DNA of 64,000 bases. Source: an uncultured Alphaproteobacteria bacterium. Lineage in GTDB: Bacteria > Pseudomonadota > Alphaproteobacteria > RF32 > CAG-239. Positions within the stretch are counted from its first letter, which is position 1; each line of letters begins with the position of its first letter. The stretch is taken from contig CALXLC010000033.1 in assembly GCA_944389095.1 (NCBI GenBank), forward strand, positions 69,646 to 133,645, given 5' to 3'. Below are positions 9,149 through 17,706 of the stretch, in pieces. The translations under genes and the position numbers were made by a program. The notes below the pieces were generated by a model. It searched no databases and was not told the origin of the DNA. It was given only the letters and a program-made list of their open reading frames with translations.

Positions 9149-9410
9149 GTTGTATAAACTCCATTTATAAATAAGTTTTCACAAAGGATAGTCCATATTT
9201 ATAGTCCAGGAGGGTTGTAAGCTCTATTTAATTCTTGCAACCGAAAAAACAATAGCATCAATAAAAAATAATTGCAATTAAAATATAATGTTTTTCTTAT
9301 TATTTATTCTGTTCGTTGTTTTTTCTCGTTTTTTTGACGTTTGTAAAGTTAATCTTTTTTTTATGATAAACAAGTAAATTGAAATAAATTTTATTAGCGG
9401 AGTAGAAATT

Positions 9411-10055
9411 ATGACATTTATTTGTCCCGATAAAAGCTGTAACCGCTGTCCCCGGCTGTTGGAATTTCGCCACGGCAACGAGCTGAAATATCCTTCTTAT
9501 TATAACGGACCGGTTCCTTCTTTCGGGCCGTTGGAGGCCGAGGTGCTGATTGTGGGGCTGGCTCCCGGGCTGAACGGCGCCAATCAGACTGCCCGTCCCT
9601 TTACCAATGACTATGCCGGAGATGTGTTGTATCCGATTTTGAAAAAATACGGCTTGGCCAGAGGAAATTACGGCAAGCGCAAAGATGACGATTTTGAACT
9701 GCTGAATGTGCGGGTGACCAATTCGGTACGCTGTGTTCCGCCGCAAAACAAAGTTACCGGCGATGAGGTTAAAAATTGCGGCGGATATTTGATTGAAGAA
9801 ATTTGCGCCATGCCGAATTTGAAAGTTATTCTGACGCTCGGCAGTGTGGCTCATAATGCCGTGCTCGGCGTGCTCGGATATAAAAAAGCCTCTTTTAAGT
9901 TTGCTCATAATGCCGTGCATCTTCTGAATCGGCATCATCTGCTGATGATAGACTCCTATCATACGTCCCGCTATAACATTAATACGGGCGTTTTGACTTA
10001 TGATATGTTTGAGGATGTTATCCGGAATATTTTGGAGCATCTAAAAAAATATTGA
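9411..10055 (+). CDS. uracil-DNA glycosylase, Fe-S cluster family 4/5
   Basis: 214 aa. Contains CNRCPRL, VGLAPGLNGANQTARPFTND, VRCVPP...NCGGYL and SYHTSRYN motifs. Confidence 0.8.
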   Translation: MTFICPDKSCNRCPRLLEFRHGNELKYPSYYNGPVPSFGPLEAEVLIVGLAPGLNGANQTARPFTNDYAGDVLYPILKKYGLARGNYGKRKDDDFELLNVRVTNSVRCVPPQNKVTGDEVKNCGGYLIEEICAMPNLKVILTLGSVAHNAVLGVLGYKKASFKFAHNAVHLLNRHHLLMIDSYHTSRYNINTGVLTYDMFEDVIRNILEHLKKY

Positions 10056-10091
10056 CAAAATATGTCAAAAGTGTATTGTCTTTCCATATAA

Positions 10092-10112
10092 AAATTATAA
10101 ATTATAAATTAT
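10092..10112 (+). repeat. three tandem copies of AAATTAT
   Basis: aaattat x3 read directly at 10092-10112, 16 nt upstream of the ATG at 10128. Confidence 0.9.
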
Positions 10113-10127
10113 TTTAAATTTACGACT

Positions 10128-10502
10128 ATGAAGCAAAAAGGTTTTGTTTATGGTTACGGGGAGTATTGCTGTATCAAAATGGATCACAGCCTTTCGGCTC
10201 TCCAAGTATTGAAAAAAGCCATGGATGAAGGGTTTTCTTACATGGTGAAGTATGTGCAGATCCCCGGACAAAAGGTTTGGCGGAGAACGCTGCTGGGTTG
10301 GAATATCAAAGTTCTGACTTTGGAAAACGCTCTTAGGGCAACATCTGATGATTTGGTAAAATACGGAATGGTGTTGCATGCCGGTTCTCAAGGGCGGCGG
10401 GTTTTTATCAAAGCTCCCCTGAAAGACGGTTTTGAGATATTTCCGGCCGCGGAATTTGATGTTGTCAAAATTTTGAATTCGGCGGAAATGGCAAAATTAT
10501 GA
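10128..10502 (+). CDS. hypothetical protein (124 aa)
   Basis: ORF with no motif I recognise, followed by a strong terminator. The start could also be the internal Met (MDHSLSAL). Confidence 0.45.
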   Translation: MKQKGFVYGYGEYCCIKMDHSLSALQVLKKAMDEGFSYMVKYVQIPGQKVWRRTLLGWNIKVLTLENALRATSDDLVKYGMVLHAGSQGRRVFIKAPLKDGFEIFPAAEFDVVKILNSAEMAKL

Positions 10503-10511
10503 ATTTTATCA

Positions 10512-10545
10512 AATAAGGCTTGGAAAAATCCAAGCCTTATTTTTT
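10512..10545. terminator. bidirectional terminator (orphan 124-aa gene / rnfA)
   Basis: Perfect 13-bp stem aataaggcttgga (10512-10524) / tccaagccttatt (10529-10541) with a 4-nt loop. Flanked by A/T runs on both sides. Confidence 0.85.
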
Positions 10546-11119
10546 AATGACTGATGCCGGCAAAGCCCATAAAGGCCATGGAAAGCAGTCCGGCGGTAAT
10601 CAGGGCTATCGGCGTTCCTTTTAACGCGGCCGGAATATTGGTGGTATTCAGTCGTTCTCTTATTCCGGCAAAGATAATAATGGCCAGCGTAAATCCCATG
10701 GAACTGGCCAGCGCATAGCAGACCGCCGCCAAAAGGTTGAAATTTTTTTGAATGGTCAAAATGGCAATTCCCAAAACCGCGCAGTTGGTGGTTATCAGCG
10801 GCAGAAAGATGCCCAAGGCCTGGTAAAGAGCCGGCGACGTTTTTTTCAAAATGATTTCCACCATCTGTACCAGCGAGGCAATCACCAGAATAAAGGTGAC
10901 GGTAATCATAAATGACAGATTGTACGGCTGTAAAAAGCTGTAATAAATCAGATAGGTTACAATGGTGGACAACGTAATGACAAACATGACCGCAATTCCC
11001 ATGCCGGCTGCCGTCGATATTTTTTTTGAGACGCCGAGAAAGGGACAAATTCCCAAAAACTGCGACAAGACAATGTTGTTTACAAAAATTGCCGTTACAA
11101 AAATCATCAAATATGCCAT
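10544..11119 (-). CDS. rnfA: Rnf electron transport complex subunit A
   Basis: 191 aa. N-terminus AIFVNNIVLSQFLGICPFLGVSKK is typical of RnfA/NqrE. Confidence 0.92.
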   Translation of the reverse strand: MAYLMIFVTAIFVNNIVLSQFLGICPFLGVSKKISTAAGMGIAVMFVITLSTIVTYLIYYSFLQPYNLSFMITVTFILVIASLVQMVEIILKKTSPALYQALGIFLPLITTNCAVLGIAILTIQKNFNLLAAVCYALASSMGFTLAIIIFAGIRERLNTTNIPAALKGTPIALITAGLLSMAFMGFAGISH

Positions 11120-11121
11120 GA

Positions 11122-11718
11122 CTATTTAACTCCCCGCAGGCGGTTAACGGTAATTATCAATCCGGCCAGAGCCAGAAAAGCTCCGGGCGGCATGATGAAC
11201 AGCAGCATGGTGTCCGCCCCTTCCCCGACAAAACTGTGCCCGAACAAAGATCCTGCTCCTAAAATTTCGCGTACCGAACCCAGCAGGGTCAATGCACAGG
11301 TAAAACCGGTGCCCATACCAATCGCATCCAGCAGCGACTGCCAAATATTATGTTTAGAGGCGAAGGCTTCTGCCCGGCCGAGGATAATGCAGTTGACAAC
11401 AATCAGCGGAATGAATATTCCCAAGGCTGCGTGCAGCCCCGGAAGATAGGCGGCCATTAACATATCCACGACCGTGACAAATGCGGCAATGATTACGATA
11501 AAACTCGGAATGCGCACCATGTCCGGAATCAGGTTTTTGACCAGTGAAATGGCCATGTTGGAAAGCATCAGGACAAATAATGTGGCCAGTCCCATGCCCA
11601 GACCGTTAGCGGCCGAAGTGGTAACGCCCAGTGTCGGGCACATACCGAGCAACATAACAAAAGTCGGATTTTCGCAGATAAGGCCGCGGGTCAGGTTTTC
11701 TAAGCTGGTTTTATCCAT
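11122..11718 (-). CDS. rnfE: Rnf electron transport complex subunit E
   Basis: 198 aa. [34 protein letters not shown] is typical of RnfE/NqrD. Confidence 0.92.
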   Translation of the reverse strand: MDKTSLENLTRGLICENPTFVMLLGMCPTLGVTTSAANGLGMGLATLFVLMLSNMAISLVKNLIPDMVRIPSFIVIIAAFVTVVDMLMAAYLPGLHAALGIFIPLIVVNCIILGRAEAFASKHNIWQSLLDAIGMGTGFTCALTLLGSVREILGAGSLFGHSFVGEGADTMLLFIMPPGAFLALAGLIITVNRLRGVK

Positions 11719-11720
11719 GG

Positions 11721-12296
11721 TTATTTTCCTGTTTTAAAATGGTTGTAAGCGTCAATGGCGCGCTGAATGGCATCCACAACCGCCCGGGAACTGATTGTTG
11801 CCGCGGTGACGGCATCAATTTCACCGCCGTCCTGCCGAACCTTGAAAATCCGGCGTTTGGGGTTAAAGCCGTCAAACTGACTGCGGAAAGCGTCTTCGCT
11901 GACTTTGGTCCCCAGTCCCGGCGTTTCTTTATGATCTGTTACTTTGAAGTTTTTGACGGCTCCGTTGATGTAAAATCCGGCAATCAGCTCCATCCGGCCG
12001 CCGAATCCGTTGTTGCTGAAGGTTTTTACGGCAAAAGAGGTAATCTTGCCATCTTTGCGGGCCGGGTAAAACACCAGCTTGTCTTTTTTGTCCGGCGTAT
12101 AAATCGTCATTTTTTCGGCGAAGGGATTGTTGTCGAACTCACCGACAACTTCCGCAATAGCCTGAAGTTCGCGGGCGTCTTTTGCTTTTTGTATAGGTTC
12201 ACGGGTCAGCCCGTCTACTTTGGCCAGAACAAAGGCCGATAAAACGGCTATGGTCACCAGCGTCAGAGTCATTTTGAAGAATTTTGCTTTGTTCAT
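11721..12296 (-). CDS. rnfG: Rnf electron transport complex subunit G (FMN-binding)
   Basis: 191 aa. N-terminal anchor and FMN-binding domain with [13 protein letters not shown]. Confidence 0.9.
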   Translation of the reverse strand: MNKAKFFKMTLTLVTIAVLSAFVLAKVDGLTREPIQKAKDARELQAIAEVVGEFDNNPFAEKMTIYTPDKKDKLVFYPARKDGKITSFAVKTFSNNGFGGRMELIAGFYINGAVKNFKVTDHKETPGLGTKVSEDAFRSQFDGFNPKRRIFKVRQDGGEIDAVTAATISSRAVVDAIQRAIDAYNHFKTGK

Positions 12297-12299
12297 GGC

Positions 12300-13295
12300 C
12301 TATCTCCGACTTCCGTAAAAACGAGGTCTGGCGTATTTGTCCATCAGCGGCACCAGGGCGTTCATGATTAAAATGGCAAAAGAGACTCCTTCCGGGTAGG
12401 CGCTGTAAAGACGGATGATTACCGTCAACACGCCGCAACCTACGGCATAGAGAATTTGTGCGTTTTTGGTCATCGGTGACGTGGTATAGTCAGTTGCCAT
12501 GAAAACAGCGCCGAGAATCAGACCTCCGGACAGCAAATGGGTCAGCGGTTCGTAGCGGACATCGTTGGTCAGAAGCCACATGACGGCGGTAATGACGAAA
12601 ACCGTAGCCATGTAATAAAAGGGGATATGCCAGGTGATGACTTTGCGCCACAGCAAGTAAGCAAATCCGATGAGCAGAGCCAGCGCCGAAACTTCTCCCA
12701 GACAGCCGCCGGTATAACCGACAAACATCTGCCAGTAAGCCGGAATGTCTTCCGCAGAGGCTCCCTGAGCCAGAGCCGTGGCGGATGTCGAAGCATCCAA
12801 ATGTTTCAGGATGCCCAGCGTAGTGGCGCCGGTTTGCGCGTCAAAACTCCACAGATTTAAAAATTCCGGCTTGGGCCAGGTTGTCATTTGCACCGGAAAC
12901 GAGATAAACAAGAAAACGCGTCCGACCAACGCCGGGTTAAAAATGTTTTTGCCCAAACCGCCGTAACAGAGTTTGGCAACCACTATGGCCATAAAGCAGC
13001 CGCAAAGAATCATCAAAACGGGCATGGAACTCGGCAAATTAAACGCCAAGAGCAGACCGGTGATGACGGCGGAACCGTCGCGGGTGGTGTTGCCGGTTTT
13101 GAACCAATAGCGGCCGGCCAGATATTCAAACAAAACGCAGCCGGCAACCGCCGTTAAGATAACTTTCAGCGCCGCCAGTCCAAAAAACAGAACGGCAACC
13201 AATGCGGCCGGCATCAGTGCGATAATCACATCCGTCATTAAGGCACGGGTATCCCGGTTGGTTGTTAAGTGAGGAGCAGTCGAAATTTTAAGCAT
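12300..13295 (-). CDS. rnfD: Rnf electron transport complex subunit D
   Basis: RnfD/NqrB-like polytopic protein (GAVFMATDYTTSP). Start set to ATG 13295 (MLKISTAPHL). The track start at 13391 would overlap rnfC by 91 nt. Confidence 0.9.
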   Translation of the reverse strand: MLKISTAPHLTTNRDTRALMTDVIIALMPAALVAVLFFGLAALKVILTAVAGCVLFEYLAGRYWFKTGNTTRDGSAVITGLLLAFNLPSSMPVLMILCGCFMAIVVAKLCYGGLGKNIFNPALVGRVFLFISFPVQMTTWPKPEFLNLWSFDAQTGATTLGILKHLDASTSATALAQGASAEDIPAYWQMFVGYTGGCLGEVSALALLIGFAYLLWRKVITWHIPFYYMATVFVITAVMWLLTNDVRYEPLTHLLSGGLILGAVFMATDYTTSPMTKNAQILYAVGCGVLTVIIRLYSAYPEGVSFAILIMNALVPLMDKYARPRFYGSRR

Positions 13296-13300
13296 CAGTT

Positions 13301-14623
13301 CTATTTTTTCCTTTTTAGTTCGGCTTTTGCCAGTTTGCAATAATCCAGCAAAGGCAGGTGTGCCGGACAGGTAAATGCGCAACAGCCGCATTCAATACAG
13401 TCCAGCGGATGAAATTCTCGGGTTTCTTCAAGCATGCCGGCGCGGACCAAACGGCCTATCATGAAAGGCTGGAGCCCTACCGGACAGACTTCTACGCATT
13501 TTGCACAGCGAATGCAATCTCCGGCCGGTGCTTTGTGTGCCAGTTTGTCGGACAGCAGCAAGATGCCGGAAGTCAGCTTGGTTACCGGCGCATTGATATT
13601 AAATGCAGAGGTTCCCATCATCGGTCCGCCGAAAATGACTTGTGCCGTATTTTCGGTTAAGCCGCCGCATTTTTCAATTAAAAATGAAGCCGGTGTCCCT
13701 ACCCTGACGCGAAAATTTGCCGGATGCAGGCAGGCGTCGCCGCTAACGGTGACAATTCGTTCAAACAAGGGTTTGTTTTTGAGAACGGCTTCATATACGG
13801 CGTTGACGGTACCGACGTTTTGTACGATACAGCCGGCGTCGGCGGGCAGCTTTCCGGAAGGAACCTCACGGCCGGTTACGGCGTTGATGAGCTGTTTTTC
13901 GCCGCCCTGGGGATATTTTGTGGCACAAACCTGAACATTAACGCCGACGTAGCTTTTGCTGAGGCGGCTTAATATTTCAACGGCATGCGGTTTGTTTTCG
14001 TCAATGGCTATTATCGCGTTTTGTATTCCCAGAGCTTTATTGATGATTTTGGCGCCGATGACAATCTGTTCGGCTTTTTCAACCATCAATCGGTCGTCGG
14101 CCGTCAAAAATGGTTCGCATTCAATACCGTTGATTATCAGAAAGTCAATTTTTTTATTTTCGGGAATCGTTGTTTTTATCGGCGTCGGATAACCTGCCCC
14201 GCCCATGCCGACAATGCCGGCTTCTCTGATTTTGGCAATGATTTCTTCCGCTGAAAACGGAATCTCCCTGATAATATCGTCACTGCGGTCAATGGAGGGT
14301 TCCCAATCATCGCCTTCAACTTTGATTGTTATCATTTTTTCGAGATATCCGAATTCGCCTTCGGTCTCTTCTATTTTTAAAACTTCTCCGGAAACGGAAG
14401 AGTGAACGTCTGACGAAACAATCCCGTCAGCATCGGCCAGCAGGGTTCCGACTTTGACCTTGTCTCCCTTTTGTACCAAGATTTTGGCGGGAGCGCCGAT
14501 GTGTTGTTTGACCGGAATTGTCACAATATCCGGCAGTCCGGCGTCTATTATCGGTGAATCCGTAGTGATTTTGTATTTATCGGGATGGATACCGCCGATG
14601 CGAAAGGTTTTTAGTTTAGTCAT
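13301..14623 (-). CDS. rnfC: Rnf electron transport complex subunit C
   Basis: Two 4Fe-4S motifs (CIRCAKCVEVCP, CIECGCCAFTCP) and GMGGAGYPT. Start set to ATG 14623 (MTKLKTFRIGGIHP), which overlaps the rnfB stop by 8 nt. Confidence 0.92.
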   Translation of the reverse strand: MTKLKTFRIGGIHPDKYKITTDSPIIDAGLPDIVTIPVKQHIGAPAKILVQKGDKVKVGTLLADADGIVSSDVHSSVSGEVLKIEETEGEFGYLEKMITIKVEGDDWEPSIDRSDDIIREIPFSAEEIIAKIREAGIVGMGGAGYPTPIKTTIPENKKIDFLIINGIECEPFLTADDRLMVEKAEQIVIGAKIINKALGIQNAIIAIDENKPHAVEILSRLSKSYVGVNVQVCATKYPQGGEKQLINAVTGREVPSGKLPADAGCIVQNVGTVNAVYEAVLKNKPLFERIVTVSGDACLHPANFRVRVGTPASFLIEKCGGLTENTAQVIFGGPMMGTSAFNINAPVTKLTSGILLLSDKLAHKAPAGDCIRCAKCVEVCPVGLQPFMIGRLVRAGMLEETREFHPLDCIECGCCAFTCPAHLPLLDYCKLAKAELKRKK

Positions 14624-15464
14624 TGTTTTTTTCCTCCGGCGTTTGTTTTCCGGTGCAGACAATGGCGCCGGTCGGACAAGCTTTGACCAGCGCTTCGCCG
14701 TATTGGTCGGCGGAAACGCTTGCCGGAATGTATGAGAGGTTATCCGCAACTTTGATTTCCGGATTGATTTTGGTACATTTCATGCAGCCAATACAGGCAA
14801 CAGCGCAATTTTTGCGAGCCAGGGCGCCTTTCTGGGTATTGCGGCAGGCTACATAAACCCGTTTGCCGTTGCGACCTTTGGGGCGTATTTCGAACAAGCC
14901 GCGCGGGCATGTTTTGACGCAGACACCGCAAGAAGTGCATTTTTCTTCGTCCACGACGGGAAACCCCGTTTGAGGATTGATGCTCAGCGCGCCGAATTTA
15001 CAGGCTTTCACACAGTCTCCCAATCGCAGGCAGCCGTTCGGACAGCCGCTTTGTCCGATGGAAATGCCGGCGGCAATTTTACAGCTGTCAATGCCGTCGT
15101 AGACGATTTTGGCCGGCGCGTTCAGGCAGGTGCCGTTGCAACGCAGAACCGCTATGGACGGTTCCTGGGCGGCGGCCTGATACCCGAGCCGGTCCGCAAT
15201 TTTTTTCATTACGGCCACTCCTCCTACCGGACAGAACAGGTTTGAAAATGTTTTTGCATCGGCTGCGACGCAGGCAACGGCAAAGTCGTGACAGCCGGCT
15301 TTCCCGCAGGCACCGCAATTGGCCTGGGGCAGAAAATTTTCGATTTCGGCAACGCGGGTATCTTCTTCCACGGCAAATTTTTGCGAAACAAAGTACAAAA
15401 TCACCGACGCAATCAGCGCGATGCCGCCTAAGACCAAAATGCTCAGCAATATAATGTTTTCCAT
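14616..15464 (-). CDS. rnfB: Rnf electron transport complex subunit B (polyferredoxin)
   Basis: N-terminal TM helix, CGACGKAGC motif and several CxxCxxCxxxCP clusters. Start set to ATG 15464 (MENIILLSIL). Confidence 0.9.
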   Translation of the reverse strand: MENIILLSILVLGGIALIASVILYFVSQKFAVEEDTRVAEIENFLPQANCGACGKAGCHDFAVACVAADAKTFSNLFCPVGGVAVMKKIADRLGYQAAAQEPSIAVLRCNGTCLNAPAKIVYDGIDSCKIAAGISIGQSGCPNGCLRLGDCVKACKFGALSINPQTGFPVVDEEKCTSCGVCVKTCPRGLFEIRPKGRNGKRVYVACRNTQKGALARKNCAVACIGCMKCTKINPEIKVADNLSYIPASVSADQYGEALVKACPTGAIVCTGKQTPEEKNND

Positions 15465-15483
15465 GGTGCAATCCGTTGAGGGG

Positions 15484-15897
15484 TTAAATTTTGGAAACGG
15501 TAAATGCAAACTTTTGTTTAAACCGCTTCCGCATCAAGAATAGTCCGAAATAATAAGGAATCAAGATAATTATGGCAGATATGCCCGAGATTAGTTCCGA
15601 GACATCGGACAGCAGACAGCAAATCAGGACGGCCAGCATCAACAGCAGCGGTAAAAAATAGGCCCAAAACGCCGCTGTTAAACCGGCTGCCGGACTGATG
15701 CCGATGAGAACTTCTTCATCCGGTTTGAAATCTCCGGCATTCGGGACAACCGCTTCCACCGTTTTTATTTTACCTTCTTTCAGGCCGCAAACGGTTTGCG
15801 CCGCACATCCCAGACAGACGGGCTGGCCGATTATTTTTGCAGTTATTTTGTTTTGTCCGACGGTAATTACCCTGCCGCGGTGTTGTATTTGCTTCAT
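15484..15897 (-). CDS. RseC/MucC-family (SoxR-reducing system) membrane protein
   Basis: 137 aa. N-terminal GRVITV...CLGCAAQTVCG followed by two TM helices, which is the RseC layout. Confidence 0.75.
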   Translation of the reverse strand: MKQIQHRGRVITVGQNKITAKIIGQPVCLGCAAQTVCGLKEGKIKTVEAVVPNAGDFKPDEEVLIGISPAAGLTAAFWAYFLPLLLMLAVLICCLLSDVSELISGISAIIILIPYYFGLFLMRKRFKQKFAFTVSKI

Positions 15898-15898
15898 C

Positions 15899-16912
15899 TT
15901 ATTCTCCGATTAACTTCCGGGCCGACGACGACCACTTTATATCCATTTGTCTGTTTGCTCCTCTGACAATCAAAATAACGGGAAGGTTTTGTTCTTCGGC
16001 AAAAAGCATCCCTTTTTGTCCTCCCAAAGCCATAATTGCAGTGGCATAAGCGTCTGCCAGCATGCAACTGTCATGAAAAACCGTTGCCGAGGCCAAATCG
16101 TTTTCCGCCGGCCGGCCGGTCTGCGGCAAAATGGTGTGCGCGTATTTTTTACCGTCTTTTTGAAAGAAATTGCGATAATCACCCGAAGTGGCAATGCCGA
16201 CATCGGTCAGCTCCAATACCATCAGGTTGTTCCGGTTGTTTTTTTCGGGAACGGCCAGACCGATGTTCCACAAGTTTCCCCTATCGTCTTTGGTTCCGGC
16301 AGTTTTGATTTCTCCGCCTATTTCAATCATGTAATCTTTATATCCGTTTTCTTCCAGCAGGCGGGCCACTTCATCCACGGCGTACCCTTTGGCTATGGCG
16401 GACAAGTTCAGTTCCGTTTGAGGAAATTTTTTGCGGAGCTTGGTGTAGTCCTTGTTGAACATCAATTTGTCAAAGCCGGCATATTTCAAAGCTTCGCCGA
16501 TTTCTTTCGCGTCAGGTATCCGCTGCGGGTGTTCCGGTCCGAATCCCCAGAGGCTGACCAGTTTGCCGACCGTCGGATCAAATGCGCCGCCGCTTTTCCG
16601 GAAGACCTCTCCGGCATGATACAGAAGATATGACATTTCAGGAGACAAGACAACCGTTTCGGTTCCGGCACGGTTGATTTTGCTGATTTCTGATTCGCTT
16701 TCAAAAACGGACATCCGGGTATTTACCCGATTTAAAACGGTTTTGATTTTGTCAGAGAGCGACGAATCTTTTTCCGGCATTTTTACTTTTATGCGATAGC
16801 TTGTTCCGAAAATGTTTCCTTCAAAAGTCCGCGGCCCGGATTTGTTTTCGTAAACATAAATGCCGGCAACGCCTAAAAACAACAATATTGAAATCTGTTT
16901 GAAAATACGCAT
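15899..16912 (-). CDS. apbE: FAD:protein FMN transferase ApbE
   Basis: ApbE-like sequence (GAFDPTVG, AKGYAVD, ATSGDYRNFF, SCMLADAYATA). Start set to ATG 16912 (MRIFKQISILLFL, signal-like). Confidence 0.88.
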   Translation of the reverse strand: MRIFKQISILLFLGVAGIYVYENKSGPRTFEGNIFGTSYRIKVKMPEKDSSLSDKIKTVLNRVNTRMSVFESESEISKINRAGTETVVLSPEMSYLLYHAGEVFRKSGGAFDPTVGKLVSLWGFGPEHPQRIPDAKEIGEALKYAGFDKLMFNKDYTKLRKKFPQTELNLSAIAKGYAVDEVARLLEENGYKDYMIEIGGEIKTAGTKDDRGNLWNIGLAVPEKNNRNNLMVLELTDVGIATSGDYRNFFQKDGKKYAHTILPQTGRPAENDLASATVFHDSCMLADAYATAIMALGGQKGMLFAEEQNLPVILIVRGANRQMDIKWSSSARKLIGE

Positions 16913-17010
16913 ATTTATCCTATCTTTTGCACAATGCCGACACTTGTTTTTTACTTTAGGAAATTTTTGTTTTAACATGGCGACAGATGTTTTACGGAAA
17001 GGATTATATT

Positions 17011-17706
17011 ATGTTAAAGGATGTAAAAGCAACCCTAAATAAATTTGCAGCAAAAGTTAATAACAGCCGGACCAAGGCAGCCGTTGCCCGCATGAGGAAC
17101 GATGCCGGACGTTTTGTAAATTTGTCGGGCAAAAAATTGTACGAATGGGGAATTCCGGCCAATGCCGTTTCCATTTTCGGTTTTCTGATCGGCATGCTGG
17201 CCATTAATTTTTTGGCCATGGAGATGTATTTGACAGCTTTGTTGCTGATTTTAATCAACCGTTTGTGCGATGCAATTGACGGTGCCGTGGCCCGGCAGGC
17301 GGGAAAAATTACCGATTTCGGCGTTTTTTTGGATGCAGCGCTGGATTATGCTTTTTATGCCGGCGTGATTTTCGGATTTGCTCTGGCTTATCCGGCACAA
17401 AATGCCGTTGCGGCAAGTTTTCTGCTGTTCGGATTTTCCGCTTCTGCCAGCGCGATGCTGGCTTACGCCGTTATTGACTACAAAAACAAGCAGCAAAAAA
17501 CGCCTGACCTGGAACAGTCTCCGTTTTATCTCGGCGGACTGGCTCAGGGCTGCGAAACGCTGACGGCTCTGGTTATTTTGTGCATTGTTCCGGGATGGTT
17601 TATGCCGATTGCCATTATTCTGGGATGCTGGTGTCTGATTAAGGCGGTGATGATTGTTTCGACCGCTTATTATAATTTTGTGATTGCCCCGAAAGGCCGC
17701 AAATAA
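17011..17706 (+). CDS. CDP-alcohol phosphatidyltransferase family protein
   Basis: Exact D-x2-DG-x2-AR-x8-G-x3-D-x3-D motif (DAIDGAVARQAGKITDFGVFLDAALD). Start taken at ATG 17011 behind AAAGGA. The track start at 16987 is also possible. Confidence 0.8.
   Translation: MLKDVKATLNKFAAKVNNSRTKAAVARMRNDAGRFVNLSGKKLYEWGIPANAVSIFGFLIGMLAINFLAMEMYLTALLLILINRLCDAIDGAVARQAGKITDFGVFLDAALDYAFYAGVIFGFALAYPAQNAVAASFLLFGFSASASAMLAYAVIDYKNKQQKTPDLEQSPFYLGGLAQGCETLTALVILCIVPGWFMPIAIILGCWCLIKAVMIVSTAYYNFVIAPKGRK

Noticed and set aside
9300-10040. 246-aa ORF antisense to the uracil-DNA glycosylase gene
   Set aside because: It lies fully inside a well-supported CDS on the other strand. Its composition is skewed toward Ile/Asn/Gln/His/Arg and it has no motifs, SD or independent flanks. 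It is a typical shadow ORF.
10512-10545. Whether the many perfect hairpins (5879-5909, 10512-10541, 19310-19329, 20914-20942, 29061-29091, 34504-34536) are copies of a REP/MITE family
   Set aside because: The stems share no sequence with each other. Each sits exactly at a gene end with flanking A/T runs. They are ordinary intrinsic terminators, mostly bidirectional.
10509-11048. 179-aa alternative-frame ORF inside rnfA
   Set aside because: The overlapping frame 10544-11119 gives a canonical RnfA sequence. The alternative frame is Gly/His/Cys/Arg-rich noise.
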